Positions 24,785 through 39,133 of a stretch of 64,000 nucleotides of DNA are shown one piece after another (the stretch's first letter is position 1; the number at the start of each line of letters is the position of its first letter). Location: assembly GCF_963921235.1 (NCBI RefSeq), contig NC_086097.1, positions 217,436,001-217,500,000 of the forward strand, written 5' to 3'. A model generated the notes under the pieces. It did not search any database. It saw nothing but the letters and a program-made list of their open reading frames with translations, and was not told the origin of the DNA. The translations under genes and the position numbers were made by a program. Source of the stretch: Mobula hypostoma. Lineage: Eukaryota.

Positions 24785-26704
24785 TTTGCAGCTTACTTTC
24801 TTCTTTATGACATCAGCAAATTTAGAACAAAGTTGGAAGTGCGTATTGGTCATTATATACGACCTTGCGAATCAATTTCACAGGAAAACAAAGAAATACA
24901 TTAGAATCAAAGGAAAACTAGACACAAAGACTGACAAATAACTTGTGCAAAAGTCAAACTGGGCAAATAGTACTGAGAACATGAGTTGTAGAGTCATTGA
25001 AAGTGAGTCTATAAGTTGGAATCAGTTCAGTTTTGAAGTAAGTGAAGTTATCAATGCTGGTTCATGGTTGTAAGGTAATAATTGTTTCTGAACCTGGTGG
25101 TATGGGACCTCCTTCCTCTTCGCAGCAGTGAAAAGAGAGCTAAGCCTGTATGGTAGGGGTCTTTGATGATGGATGCTGCTGTCTTGTGGCAGCACTCCTT
25201 GTGTTCAATGGTGGGAAGGGCTTTACCTGTGAAAGACTGGGCTCTATCCACCACTTTTTGTTCACTTTTCCATTCTTAAGCACTGGTTTCCATACCAAGC
25301 TGTGATGCAGCCAGTCAGGATACTTTCCACTGTGTATCTATAGAAGTTTGTCAAAGTTTTAGATGACATGCTGAATCTGTGCAAACTCCTGAGAAAGTCG
25401 AGGCGCTGTCATCCTCCCATACCATCAATGATTTCATAAAAATCACTTATATAAATACTACCTAATCCATGTGACAAATTACTGACTACATCCTGCCAAC
25501 CAGAAAAAGACCCATTAATGCCTATGCTGTTCTTTCTGTTAGCCAGCTGAATTTCTATGCATATTCTTTGAAGTGGCACGTTATCAAAAGCCGCCTGGAA
25601 GTCTAATTGTCATCCACCAGTTCCTGTATCTAAACTAGATGCCAGCTCAGCAACCTTTAAATTTGAGATTAATGTTTTTTTTTCAAACCAAGTTTATGAA
25701 AGAATTTATATGTAAGCTGTAGCTCAGGGTGGAATTTTGCTGAAACCTAAATACACTGAATGGATAGATGTGTTTATGGGGCTGCATGATGACCTTCTGC
25801 TCCTTCATGTACATAATGCATGAAATACCATATTCAGTATCTAACGGTGAGGAAATATGTGTTCAATATTCATCAATTTAAAAAAAATTTACACTATTTG
25901 TAATATTACAGGATCCTATGAGGAAACAGAAGTTTAAATAAATATTTAACAAAACTTTCTTTTCAGTGATTAAAGAGTGGAAACTGCTTGTCATGGGAAG
26001 ATGATTAAGCTAATCAACAAAAGCAGGTATTTACAATGCTTCTTGCAATGTCTCCCCTATCCTGATTGCTTTTGTAAATCATTTGTAACTAACAGGTCTT
26101 TACTACCACCTTTGAACTGATAGCATTTTCGTTTCTGTCTCCACCTCTGTGCCTGGTATGTAACTTAAAACATGTTTGATTTCTGTTAGTTCTGATCAAA
26201 GGTCATCAGCTTCCACTCCACGTCACTGCCTGACTTGTTAATGTTTCTAGCAGATTTTTATTTTATTGCATTTACAAAGCATGCTTAACAAAGCAACTCA
26301 ACCTTTACATCTCAGATCTGATGCAGGATCTTAACAACAGATGCAGTGGGGAAAACTCACTTAACAATTGTGTTAAATTTCAGCATCCATATGTCTGTTT
26401 ATTTCATTACTTAATGCCTATTACCATCCTCCTTCTTCAGATCAAGTTTCATGTTACCTTCAGATTTTGAAATGGTGCCCCGTTTCTCGAAGTCCATCTC
26501 ATTAATAAATAAATATAAAAGCAGTTGGTCTTCTGCTCAGTCCAAAAGGTGACTCTCTACTTCCTAAATTTTAGCTGATTCTGTATCCATGCAGCCATGA
26601 CCATTTTAATTCTCTTTAATCTCATGCACTTCATTTTTTAAGTTTATTACATTTTTGTAACATACTCCTTGAATATCTATATATCAGATGTGAGCCATTA
26701 CTTC

Positions 26705-27660
26705 TGAACTGAATTGAATTGAATTGACTTTATTACTTACATCCTTCAAATACATTGGAGTAAAAATCTTTATGTTACATCTCTGTTCAATTATGTGCAA
26801 TTATAGTAATTTATAATAAATATTATGTACAACAGGATAGTCAATATAACATAGAAATACAGTAGCGTTAGCATGAGCTAATCAGTCTGATGGCCTGGTG
26901 GAAGAAGCTGTCCCGAAGCCTGTTGGTCCTGGCCTTTATGCTGCGGTACTGATTCCCGGATGGTAGCAGCTGTAACAATTTGTGGTTGGGATCACTCGGA
27001 TCCCCAATGATCCTTTTTACACACCTGTCTCTGTAAGTGTCCTGAATAGTGGGAAGTTCACATCTACAGATGTGCTGGGCTGTCTGCACCACTCTCTGCA
27101 GAGTCCTGCGATTGAGGGAAGTACAGTTCCCATACCAGGCAGTGATGCAGTCAGTCAAGATGCTCTCAATCGTGCTCCTATAGAAAGCTTTTAGAATTTG
27201 GGGGGCCATACCAAACTACTTCAACTGTCTGAGGTGAAAGAGGCACTGTTGTGCCTTTTTCACCACACAGCCGGTATGTATAGACCACGTGAGGTCCTTG
27301 GTGATGCTTATGCCGAGGAACTTAAAGCTGTTCACCCTTTCAACCCCAGATCCATTGACGTCTATATGGGTTAGCCTGTCTCCATTCCTCCTGTAGTCCA
27401 CAACCAGCTCCTTTGTTCTTCCGATGTTGTTTTCTTGTCAGGGTGGTGACTTGCCCTCTGTAGGCTGTCTCATTATTATTTAAGTTAAGCAATTTAATTG
27501 CAGATTGGAGCTGTGGATGGTGACACAGTCCTGGGTGTACAGAGAGTAAAAGAGGGGGCTTAGTACACAGTCCTGAGGGGCACCTGTGTTGAAGGTCAGG
27601 GGGCAGAGGTGAGGGAGCCCATTCTTACCACTTGCTGGCAATCTGACAATACACAAGTTG
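26705..27660 (-). mobile_element. Rex1/Babar LINE 3' fragment
   Basis: GAPQDCVLSPLFYSLYTQDC, FKFLGISI, FYRSTIESILTDCITAWYG, LLPSGNQYRSIK; short tandem tail. Confidence 0.85.
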
Positions 27661-29046
27661 GGATGCATCCCCTCTGCACAGAATGACTTCTCAATTTTGA
27701 GCATTGCTAATTTTCCATGCAACTCATTGTTATGTATTTATTTTCTCCACCCCTCCCCATTTACTATGACTTTGGCAGTAGTCTTTTTTTGTGTGAAATG
27801 AAATGCAAATTATGAAAACTAGTACTTCAGCCTCAACAAAATGATCTACTGTTTGGTCTTTAATTGCCTAAGTTTTTATTCTTACTAGCCATTTACTATT
27901 TATATCTTTGTTAATCTCATACAAGCTCCTTGCTCTTATTTCTTTTCTCAGTCCTCTATACTTTCTATATTCATTTTGCTCTCTGATGTTATTAGAATAG
28001 GTTTTATTATGGCTATCTGTAATTTCTGCTTAATTTTAATCTACGTATATTCCTAGTCTGAAAGAAGTCTGCTTAGGATATCTTTCCTTTTACCCCCTTG
28101 GGTTTGTACCAGAACTAACTTTTTGGATGTTTCCCATTTCTGTGTTACTTCCCTCTTTCCTTTCCATCCCAATAAAAATAGCTTCCATCCTTTTAAATAT
28201 CTAAACATAATGATTTTGCTCTATTCTTCCAAAACCTTCCTTTCATCTGAATCCACAGAATTTAAATCCACTGAAGCTCCTACATCTTCACTGACGTGAA
28301 ACATACTTAGCAATAGTTGGTGCTGGCAGTAATCTAGAGATTGCTACCTTTGAAGATATATTTCTGAACAGAGTGTAATCTTAATGTCTGGCTGGTGGAG
28401 GTTACATTTTAGTTAGATATTGAACCAACAGTCTAAGAACACACATACATTAAAGCAATTAAGAGAAATACTGGTATAGATTGGGTTTATCAGCATAAGA
28501 GTGGAAGATGATCTTTTTATCAGTGGATCATAGAACCAAAGAGCCTATGTCAATGAGCAGGAGGGAGCAGAGAATAAATCCCCAAAGTTAAAGAAAGTGG
28601 AATTGGGAAGAGAAGCTATTACATGAGATATTTTGGTTAAATTCAGATAAGAAAAAGAGCAACCAAGTGAGGAGAGTTGAAATGGGTCATTTGGTCCATT
28701 TTGTTTGAGCAGCCCTTGTTGCTCCTTATAGCATTTATATACAGTATATGATAGCCAGTTTTGACCTTTTGAATTTCTACTTCAAATCTTTAGGCACTGA
28801 TAGCAAAGTTAGTTCAAAATTATTTTCAAATAAAAGAGAGAGTTGTAAGAAAGTTAAGCTTGCAAAGAAGACTAAATATATTTGAAGAAGTATGCAGTAC
28901 TTAGGATTTCAATAAAATATTTTAGAAATATTTTTGAGAATAGTACAAAGTGTAGGTGAAGCTGCACTTAGAGTATTGTGTTTAGTTTTGGTCACTCTGC
29001 TATATGAAAAATGCCATTAAGCTAGGAAGAGTTCAGAGGAGATTTA

Positions 29047-30338
29047 GACCATAGAACAAGAAAGACGGTACGGGCACTTCAGTTCACAATGTGCCAAACT
29101 TTTAACCTTCTCTAAGATCAATCTAACCATTCCCTCCTACATAAACATCATTTTTTTTTTATCATCCATGTACCTTTAAGAGTTTTTTAAATGCTACTAA
29201 TATATCTGCCTTTACCACCACCCTTGCATACACCACTCTGTGTAAAGAATTTACCTCTGATATCCTTCCAATACTCCAATCACCTTAAATCATGCAATTT
29301 CCACTCTGGGATAAAGTCTGGCTGTCCACTTTAGCTATGCCACTTATCATCTTCTACACCAATGTCAAGTCACCTCTCATCCTCCTTCTCCAAAGAGAAA
29401 AGACTGAGCTTACTCAACTTATCCTCATAAAACATGCCCTCTAGTGCAGGCAGTATCCTATTAAATCTCCTCTGCACCCTCTCTAAAGCTTTCACAACCT
29501 TCCTATAATAATGTGGCCAAAACTGAACACAATATTCCAAGTGTTGCCTAAGCAGGGTTTTATAGAGCTGCAACATTACCTCACAGCACTTGAACTTAAT
29601 CTCCTGACTAATGAAAGTCAACACACCCTACCCCTTCTTAGCAACCCTATCAACTTTGAGGGACCTATGTACATTAGTCCCAAGATTCCTGTTTCTACAC
29701 ACTTCCAAGAACCCTGCAGAACTCTGTATTCTGCCTTCAAATTTGACCTTCCAAAATTAATCACTTCACACTTTTCTGAGTTGAACTTCCCCAGCCCAGC
29801 TCTGCATCCTGTCAATGTCCTGGTGCAACCTACAACAACCCTCCACACTCTCTGTAACTCCACCGACCTTACTGCAAACTTACTAGCCCACCCTTCCACT
29901 TCCTCATCCAAATCTTCTATAAAAATCACCAAAAGCACGGGTCCCAGAACAGCTCTCTGCAGAACATCACTGGTCATCAACCTCCTGGTAGAATATGCTC
30001 CACCTAATATCACCATCTTCTTTCTATGGGTAAGCCAATATCCACACAGCCATGTTTCCCTGGATTCCATATTTCCTCACTTTCTGAATGACTCTACAAT
30101 AAGGAACATTATCAAATGCCTTACTAAAATCCGTGTACACCGCATCACGATTCTACCTTCATCAATGTGTTTTGTCATACCCTCAAAAAATTCAGTCAGG
30201 CTTGTGGGGCATGACCTTCCCCTCACAAAGCAATGCTGACTATCCCTAATCAGACTATGCTGCTCCTCTCCAATAATTCGCCCACCCCTGAAATAGGACT
30301 CACTGGTGCATAATCCCCAGGATTATCTTTCCTCGCTG
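29047..30338 (-). mobile_element. CR1 LINE 3' fragment inserted antisense into a plus-strand CR1 3' fragment (~28940-29046 and 30339-30730)
   Basis: Minus-strand VLGPVLLVIFI.DLD and LYKTLLRQHLEYCVQFW. The host CR1 is split at RVQRRF|TRML. Confidence 0.85.
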
Positions 30339-30819
30339 TACAAGTATGTTGCCAGCACTTGAGGGAATGAGTTATGGAGAGAGGTTGAACAATCTAGTAC
30401 TTTATTCATTGGAGGGTAGGAGAATGAGGGATGATCCTGTAGAGATATAAAATGAGGAGTATTTTTACCCAAGTTTGGAGAATCAAGAACTATAAGGCAT
30501 AAGTTTAAGATGAGAGGGGAATGATTTAAAATAAATAAGAGCAACTTTTTCTCCCATAGAGTGGTCAGTATATAGAATGAACTGCCAGGGGATGTAGTTG
30601 AGGTGCATTGATAGATAAGGTTTAGAGGAATATGGGCCAAATCAGGCAAATTAGACTATCTTAGAAGAGCATCTTGTTTCTCATAGAGTGGTTGGGCCAA
30701 AGAGCCTGTTTCTGTGCTGTATGACTCTCTGACTTGTGTCTTATATGTAGAAAGGCACTTTGGATCTTTGCCAGTTCACAAACGTGCAATCCTATTCCAC
30801 CTCTGCTTATGTCTCATCA

Positions 30820-31290
30820 ATTCTAGGATTGAAAGGCTGATGATATGAAGAGTGTTTGAAGGCTCTGGGCCTGTATTCACTGGACTTCTGAATAATGAGG
30901 AGTGACCTCATTGAAACCAATTGAATGGTAAAAGGCCTTGATAGAGTTGGTGTGGAGAGGATGTTTCCTATGGTAGGAGAGTCTAAGACCAGAGGACACT
31001 GCCTTAGAATAGAGGGGCGTCCTTCAAGAATGGAGATGAGGAGGAATTTCTTTAGCCAGAGAGTGGTGAATCTGTGGAATTCTTTGCCACAGACAGCTGT
31101 GGAGCCCAAGACCTTATGTATATATAAGGTAGAGATTGATTGATTCTTGATTGGTTCAGGCATGATGTAATATGGGGACAAGACAGGAGATTAGGGCTGA
31201 CAGGAAAAATGGATCAGCCATGATGACATGGTGGAGAAAACTTGATGGGCTAAATGGCCTAATTCTGCTACTATATTTTATGGTTTTAAT
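30820..31290 (+). mobile_element. CR1 3' end fragment
   Basis: MVKGLDRVGVERMFPMVGESKTRGHCL...RNFFSQRVVNLWNSLP and CR1 3' UTR. Confidence 0.85.
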
Positions 31291-31796
31291 TCCCTTAGTG
31301 ATTCTTTTCAAACATTAACTTTCTCTGGTTGATGAATTATTGCAGCTAATTAACCTCCCGGCATCATTTTGGGATATAGTGTAGAAGGAAACAAGAGCAG
31401 CCAGAGAAAATGTGTAATCTCTGCACAGATAGCAAATGAGGTCCAGGAATAACTTTTGGCTGGAGGAGGATGGTATAGTTGAGGAGTCAGAGAGCACAGT
31501 AAATGAAAATTTTCAAAAAATCATAGATGGTGCAAAACTAAAATGAAACCTGAAATACTGTAAAGTTTCAGCAAGTTGAGCAATGTTTGAGGAAAGTAAA
31601 ACATAGTTAGTGTTTCAAGTCAAAGGCTCTCCATCTGATGACATAAAATGCTAATTCTGTTTCTGCTTCCCCAGTTCCATTTTGGTCATAGAGTTATCCT
31701 GCATGGAAACAGGCCCTTTGGCTCAATTTGTCCATGCCAACCAAGGTGCTATGCTGAGTTAGTCCTATTTGCCTGGATTTGGCCCATATCTCTCTA

Positions 31797-34700
31797 GAAG
31801 AGGAATGCAGTAGTCATAGGGGATTCCATAGTCAGGGGAACAGACACGAGATTCTGTGAGCCTGATAGGGATACCTGCATGGTGTGTTGCCTCCCAGGTG
31901 CCAGGGTATGGGATGTCTTGGATCGGGTCCAGAATATTCTGAAGGGAAAGGGCGAGCAGCCAGTTGTCTTGGTACATGTTGGTACCAATGACATAGATAG
32001 GACAAGGGAAGAGGTCCTGAAGAAAGATTTCCGGGAGTTAGGAAGGAAGCTGAGAAGCAATAATCTCGGGATTGCTACCTGTGCCATGTGCTAGCGAGGG
32101 CAAGAATAGTAGGATCAGGCAGATGAATGTGTGGCTGAGAGACTGGTGCACGGGGCAGGGCTTCAGATTCTTGGATCATTGGGATCTCTTCTGGGGGAAG
32201 TATGACCTGTTCAAAATGGACAGGTTACACCTGAACCCGAAGGGGACGAATATCCTGGTGGGAAGGTTTAATAGAGCTGTTAGGGAGGGTTTAAACTAAT
32301 TTGACAGGGGGATGGGAACCAGAATGATAGAGCGGAGGAAGGGGAAAACAGAAATAAATCTAAGATAGTGAGCAGTAAAGATGTCAGGAAAGACAGGCAG
32401 GTGATGGGGCAAATTTGTAGCCATTGGGTTGAGTTGCAGTGCAACTCAAAGTGAAAAGTACCAAATACTGGTCTTAAGGTGTTATACTTAAATGCACCCA
32501 GCATATGGAATAAGGTGGATGATCTTGTCGTACAGCTACAGATTGGCAGGTATGATATTGTGGCCATCACTGAGACGTAGCTAAAGGATGCATGTCTCTG
32601 GGAGCTGAACGTCCAAGGATACACGGTGTTTCGGAAGGATAGGAAGGTAGGCAGAGGGGGTGGCGTGGGTTTATTGGTAAGAAATGATATTAAATCATTA
32701 GAAAGAGGTGACATAGGATGGGAAAGTGCAGAATCTTTATGGGTTGAGCTAAGAAATCGCAGGGGCAAAAGGACCCTGATGGCAGTTATTTATAGGTCTG
32801 CAAACAGCTGCAGTGATGTGGACTACAAATTACAACAGGGAATAGAAAAGGCTTGTCAGAAGGGCAGTATTATGATAATTGTGGGGGATTTTAACATGCG
32901 AGTGTATTGGGAAAATCAGGTCGGCACTGGATCTCAAGAGAGAGAATTTGTAGAATGTCTGCGAGATGGCTTTTTAGAACAGCTTGTTGTTGAGCCCACT
33001 AGGGGATTGGCCGTACTGGATTGGGTATTGTGTAATGAACCGGAGGTGATTAGAAAGATTGAGGTGAAGGAACCCTTAGGAGGCAGTGATCATAACATGA
33101 TTGAGTTCACTGTGAAATTTGAAAAAGAGAAGCCAAAATCCGATGTGGCGGTATTTCAGTGAAGTAAAGGAAATTATAATGGCATGAGAGAGGAACTGGC
33201 CAAAGTTGGCTGGAAAGGGACACTGGCGGGAAGGACGGCAGAGCAGCAGTGGCTGGAGTTTATGCGAGAAGTGAGGAAGCTGCAAGACAGGTATATTCCA
33301 AAAAAGAAGAAATTTTCGAATGGAAAAAGGATGCAACCATGGCTGACAAGAGAAGTCAAAGCCAAAGTTAAAGCAAAGGAGAGGGCATATAAGGAAGCAA
33401 AAATTTGTGGGAAGACAGAGGATTGGGAAGTTTTTAAAAGCTTGCAAAAGGAAACTAAGAAGGTCATTAAGAGGAAAAAGATGAACTACGAAAGGAAGCT
33501 AGCAAATAATGTCAAAGAGGATACTAAAAGCTTTTTCAAGTATATAAAGAGTAAAAGACAGGTGAGAGTAGATATAGGACCAATAGAAAATGATGCTGGA
33601 GAAATTGTAATGGGAGATAGGGAGATGGCGGAGGAACTGAACGAGTATTTTGCATCCGTCTTCACTGAGGAAGATATCAACAGTATACTGAACACTCAAG
33701 GGTGGCAGGGAAGAGAAATGCGCGCAGTCACAATTACGACAGAGAAAGTACTCAGGAAGCTGAATAGTCTAAAGGTAGATACATCTCCCTGCCCAGATGG
33801 AATGCACCCTCGTATTCTGAAGGAAGTAGCTGTGGAGATTGTGGAGGCATTAGCGATGATCTTTCAAAAGTTGATAGATTCTGGCATGGTTCCAGAGGAC
33901 TGGAAGATTGCAAATGTCACTCCACTATTTAAGAAGGGGGCAAGAAAGCAAAAAGGAAATTATAGACCTGTTAGCTTGACATTGGTGGTTGGGAAGTTTT
34001 TGGAGTCGATTGTCAAGGATGAGGTTACGGAGTACCTGGAGGCATATGGCAAGATAGGCAGAACTCAGCATGGTTTCCTTAAAGGAAAATCCTGCTTGAC
34101 AAACCTATTACAATTTTTTGAGGGAATTACAAGTAAGCTAGACAAGGGAGATGCAGTGGATGTTGTATATTTGGATTTTCAGAAGGCCTTTGACAAGGTG
34201 CCACACATGAGGCTACTTAAGATAAGAGCCCATGGAATTATGGGAAAGTTACATACATGGATAGAGCATTGGCTGATTGGCAGGAAACAGAGAGTGGGAA
34301 TAAAGGGATCCTATTCTGGTTGGCTGCTGGGCACCAGTGGTGTTCCACAGGGGTCCGTGTTGGGGCCGCTTCTTTTTATGTTGTACATCAATGATTTGGA
34401 TTATGGAATAGATGGCTTTGTGGCTAAGTTTGCTGATGATACAAAGATAGGTGGAGGGGCCAGTAGTGCTGAGGAAATAGAGAGTCTGCAGAGAGACTTG
34501 GATAGATTGGAAGAATGGGCAAAGAAGTTACAAATGAAATATAATGTTGGAAAGTGTATGGTTATGCACTTTGGCAGAAGAAATAAACGGGCAGACTATT
34601 ATACGGGGAGAGAATTTAAAGTTCTGAGATGCAACGGGACTTGGGAGTCCTCGTGCAGGATACCCTTAAGGTTAACCTCCAGGTTGAGTCGGTGGTGAAT

Positions 34701-35350
34701 AAGGCTAATGCAATGTCGGTATTCATTTCTAGAGGAATAGAGTATCGGAGCAGGGATGTGATGTTGAGGCTCTATAAGGCGTTGGTGAGACCTCACTTGG
34801 AGTACTGTGGGCAGTTTTGGTCTCCTTATTTAAGAAAGGATGTGCTGACGTTGGAGAGGGTACAGAGAAGATTCACTAGAATGATTCCGGGAATGAGAGG
34901 GTTAACATATGAGGAACATTTGTCTACTCTTGTACTGTATTCTTTGGAGTTTAGAATAATGAGGGGGGACCTCATAGAAACATTTCGAATGTTGAACGAC
35001 ATGGACAGAGTGGATGTGGCAAAGTTGTTTCCCATGATGGGAGAGTCTAGTACGAGAGGGCATGACTTAAGGATTGAAGGGCGCCCATTCAGAACAGAGA
35101 TGCGAAGAAATTTTTTTAGCCAGAGGGTGGTGAATCTGTGGAATTTGTTGCCACGGGCAGCAGTGGAGGCCAAGTCATTGGGTGTATTTAAGGCAGAGAT
35201 TGATAGGTATCTGAGTAGCCAGGGCATCAAAGGTTATGGTAAGAAGGCAGGGAAGTGGGACTAAATGGGAGAATGGATCAGCTCATGATAAAATGGCGGA
35301 GCAGACTCGATGGGCCGAATGGCTGACTTCTGCTCCTTTGTCTTATGGTC
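31797..35350 (+). mobile_element. CR1-type LINE with ORF1 SGNH/GDSL esterase C-terminal part and near-complete ORF2 (EN+RT)
   Basis: VVIGDSIVRG, VVLVHVGTNDI and DRLHLN (esterase); GDFN and SDHN (APE); NYRPVSLT, QHGFLKGKSCLTNL, YLDFQKAFDKVPH, GVPQGSVLGP, KFADDTK, LVRPHLEYC. A few stops and frameshifts. TCTTATGG-type tail. Confidence 0.95.
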
Positions 35351-35649
35351 TAAACCTCCACCCTCTTCACAATGTTACCATCAAGAAGGAGGTACAGACG
35401 TCTGAAGGCACTCACTCAGCGATTCAGGAACAGCTTTCCCTCTGCCATCCGATTTAATGGACATTGAACCCATGAACACTACCTCACTATCTTTTCTATC
35501 TTATTTTTTGCACTACTTATTTTAACTTCACTATTTAATAAGACATGTCTTACTGTAATTCAGGCCTTTTCTCTATATTTATCTTGTATTTCGTTGTACT
35601 ACTGCTGTAGAGTTAAAAAATTTCATGAAATATGCTGGTGATATTAAAT

Positions 35650-36880
35650 CTGTCCAATTGACTTTGACAGTAAATGTTGCATTTGTACCTGCATCCATCG
35701 TTTACTCTGACAACTCATTCCATATACCCACTACATGTGAAAAACTTTACCCTTGGTCTCTTTTAAATCTTTACTCTGTCACCTAAAAGCTATGCCCTCT
35801 AATATCAGATTCCTCTATCTGGGAAAAAGATTGTGACCATCCACCCTATCTATGCTGCTAATGGTTTTAGAAAACCCTCTGTTTCCTTCACTCAAGGAAA
35901 CAGTTCCAGTCCATCAAGTCTCTCCTTATTACTCAGGCTCTCCAATCCCAGAAACATCCTTGTGATTCTTTTCTGCACCCTCTGCAGCTTGATGACATCC
36001 TTCCTATACTATAGTGACCTGGACTGCACGTAATATTCCAGCTACAATGTCCCCAACGTTCTTTACAGCTGTAACAGGACATCCCAGCTCTTGTACTCAG
36101 TGTCCCACCTGATGATGGCAAGCATCTCGCATGTCATATGTCTTCTTCACCTTTTGGTCTACCTGTGTCACCACTTTCTGGGAACTATGCAGTTACACCC
36201 CTTGGAATCTCTGTTCTACAGAACTCAGTAGCACCCTGTCACTTACTATGTATGCCCTGCCAAGACTAAACTTCCAAAATGCATCACCTTGCACTTGTCT
36301 GAGTTAGATTCTATTTGACATTCCTTTGCCCACTTTCCCGGATGATTTTGATCCTGTTGTTATTTTCAGTAACCTTCTTGGCTGTCTACCACACCACCAA
36401 TTTTGATGTCATTCTCAACTAATCATGCCTCTGGTTTACATTTTGTGGTAAACCATATATATGTTGTGACTGGGTTAACTGTCTGGACACGCCCCTCTGC
36501 TGACTGCCCCGTGGCTCCTCCCACAGAGTCCTGTATAAAGGTGTTTCGCCTTGCCCCTCTCCCTCAGTCCGGGGACAGACACTCACCGTGGAGGTCGTGG
36601 AGGTCGTATTGTACAGCGAATAAAAGCCTTTCAGTATTTTACCAAACCTCAGTCTTTCGGAGTTATTGAAGGTGCTTCACATTTTTATCCATGTTAATAT
36701 ATATGACAATCAACAGGAAACCTAGCATCAATCCTTGTAGCACACTGCGGGTCACAGGCCTCTAGTCTGAAAAAAAAACTTCCATTACCATCTTCTGATT
36801 GCTTCCACAAAGCCAAGTTTGTATCCAATTGGCTAGCTCACCCTGTATGTCATGTGATCTCACCCTCCAGACTAGTCTAC
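35650..36880 (-). mobile_element. Old CR1 fragment (its 3' end at ~31685-31796), interrupted by younger elements
   Basis: Degenerate reverse-strand CR1 RT/3' sequence that continues on both sides of the solo LTR. Confidence 0.7.
36444..36679 (+). mobile_element. Solo LTR (236 bp) with 5-bp TSD
   Basis: TG...CA ends, CATTT at 36439-36443 and 36680-36684, TATAAA at 36534-36539, AATAAA at 36619-36624, higher GC/CpG than flanks. Confidence 0.85.
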
Positions 36881-37374
36881 TTTACTGTTTTTATGGTGGG
36901 GGGGGGAATTGCGCGGAGAAATGAATGCGATATAATTCTCTAAACTCACAGGTAGAGAATATCCAAAAAAAGAACTTGCAGTTCATGTTCCCAGATTGTA
37001 TCAAAGTTCCTATTGCTGTTCAATGTAATCATTGTTTACATACTGTCAAACTGTACAAACAATGCGATAAAACATCGCCACCTCCAGTTTAAATTCCTTG
37101 CAGAATATTTTGGAGGATCAAGAACCAAGAACATAGAACAGTACAGCACATAGCAGGCCTTTTGGTCCATGGTATGTGTGCTGACCATGATGTCAATTTA
37201 AAATGCACATCTACCTGCATGTTGTCGAAATTCATCAAATCCTTCCCTGTTCATGTGGCCGTCTAAAATCCTCTTAAACATTGCTATTGTATCTGTTTCT
37301 ATCACCTCCCTGGCAGTGCATTCCAGTCACCTACCACTCTGTTTAAAAGAAAATTATGTCAAGTAGATATCCTT

Positions 37375-39133
37375 GACCGATTGCAAATGATGCTGGAGAA
37401 ATTATATTGGGTAACAAAGAAATGGCAGAGGAACTAAATGAGTATTTTGCATCAGTCTTCACAGTGGAAGACATTAGCAACATACCTGATAGCCAGAGGT
37501 CTCAGGGAATAGAATTAGGTACAGTCAAGATTACTAGAGAGAAAGTGCTTGGGAAGCTAAATGGACTAAGAATGGATAAGTCTCCAAAACTGGATGAGGT
37601 GCACCCACGGGTTCTGAAGGAGTGTCTTTGGTGATTGTGGAGGCATTGGAAATGATCTTCTAGGAATCAATAGACTCTGGCATGGTTCCAGAGGACTGGA
37701 AGGTTGCAAATGTAGTTCTGCAGTTTAAGAAAGGAGGGAGGCAGCAAAAAAGAAAATTACGGACCTATTAGTCTGACATCGGTAGTTGGAAAGTTATTGG
37801 AGTCGATCCTCAAGGATGAGGTTATGAAATACCTTGAGGTGCATGACAGGATAGGATAGGCCCAAGCCAGCATGGTTTCGTGAAGGGAAGGTCCTGCCTC
37901 ACCAACCTATTGGAATTTTTTGAGGTAATCTCAAATAAGATTGACAAGGGAGAGGCTGTGGATGTTGTGTATTTGGATTTTCAAAAGGCCTTCGACAAGG
38001 TACCACGTAAGAGGCTGCTTAATAAGATGAGAGCCCATGGAATTACAGGAAAGATATTGGAATGGGTGGAGCAGAAAGCAAAGGTGGGAATAAAGGGATC
38101 CTATTCTGATTGGTTGCCGGTTACTAGTGGTGTTCCGCAGGGGTCGGTGTTGGGGCCGCTTCTTTTTACAATGTATATCAATGATTTAGATTATGGATTA
38201 AATGGTTTTGTGGCTAAGTTTGCAGATGGCACCAAGATAGGTGGAGGAGCAGGAAGTGCTGAAGAAGTGGAAAGGTTGCAGAGAGACTTGGTCAGTTTAG
38301 GAGAGCGGGCAAAGAAATGGCAGGTGAGATACAATGTTGAGAAATGTACGGTTGTACATTTGGAAGAAGAAATAATCGAGCAGATTATTATTTAGATGGG
38401 GAGAAAATTCAAAAATCGGAAGTGCAAAGGGACTTGGGGGTCCTCGTGCAGGATACCCTAAAGGTTAACCACCAGGTTGGATTGGCAGTAAGGAAAGCGA
38501 ATGCACTGTTGGCATTCATTTCAAGAGGAATAGTGTATAAGAGTAAGGAGGTGTTGATGACGCTCTATGGGGCACTGGTGAGACCTCATTTGGAATACTG
38601 TGTGCAGTTTTGGCCCCCTAACTTAGAAGGGACATACTGATGTTGGAGAAAGTTCAGAGAAGATTTACGAAGATGATTCCTGAAATGCAAGGGCTAACAT
38701 AAGAGGAGTGTTTGTCGGCTCTTGGACTGTATTCATTAGAGTATAGAAGAATGAGAGGGGGTCTCATAGAAACATTTTGAATGTTGAAAGGGTTGGACAG
38801 AGTAGATGTGGAAAGGCTGGGTGAGTCCAGGACAAGAGGCCACAGTCTTAGAATTAGAGGGTACCCATTTAAAACAGAGATGAGGAGAAATGTTTTCAAT
38901 CAGAGGGTCGTGGACCTATAGATTCGTTGCCACAAACAGCTGTGCAGGCCCGATCATGGAGGGTGTTTAAGGAGGAGATTGATAGGTATCTAATTAGTCA
39001 GGGTATCAAGGGATATGGGGAAAAAGCCAGAAACTGGAACTAGATGGGAGAATAGTTTAGCTCATGGTGGAGTGGTGGAGCAGACCAATGGGCCGAATGG
39101 CCTACTTCTGCTCCTTTGTCTTGTGATCTTGTG
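37375..39133 (+). mobile_element. CR1 LINE, 5' truncated, ATCCTT target duplication
   Basis: RT motifs SCLTNLLEFF, DFQKAFDKV, GVPQGSVLGP. (TCTTGTGA)n tail. ATCCTT at 37369-37374 and 39134-39139. Confidence 0.92.

Noticed and set aside
29511..30239. 242-aa plus-strand ORF
   Set aside because: Antisense frame of a decayed CR1 RT.
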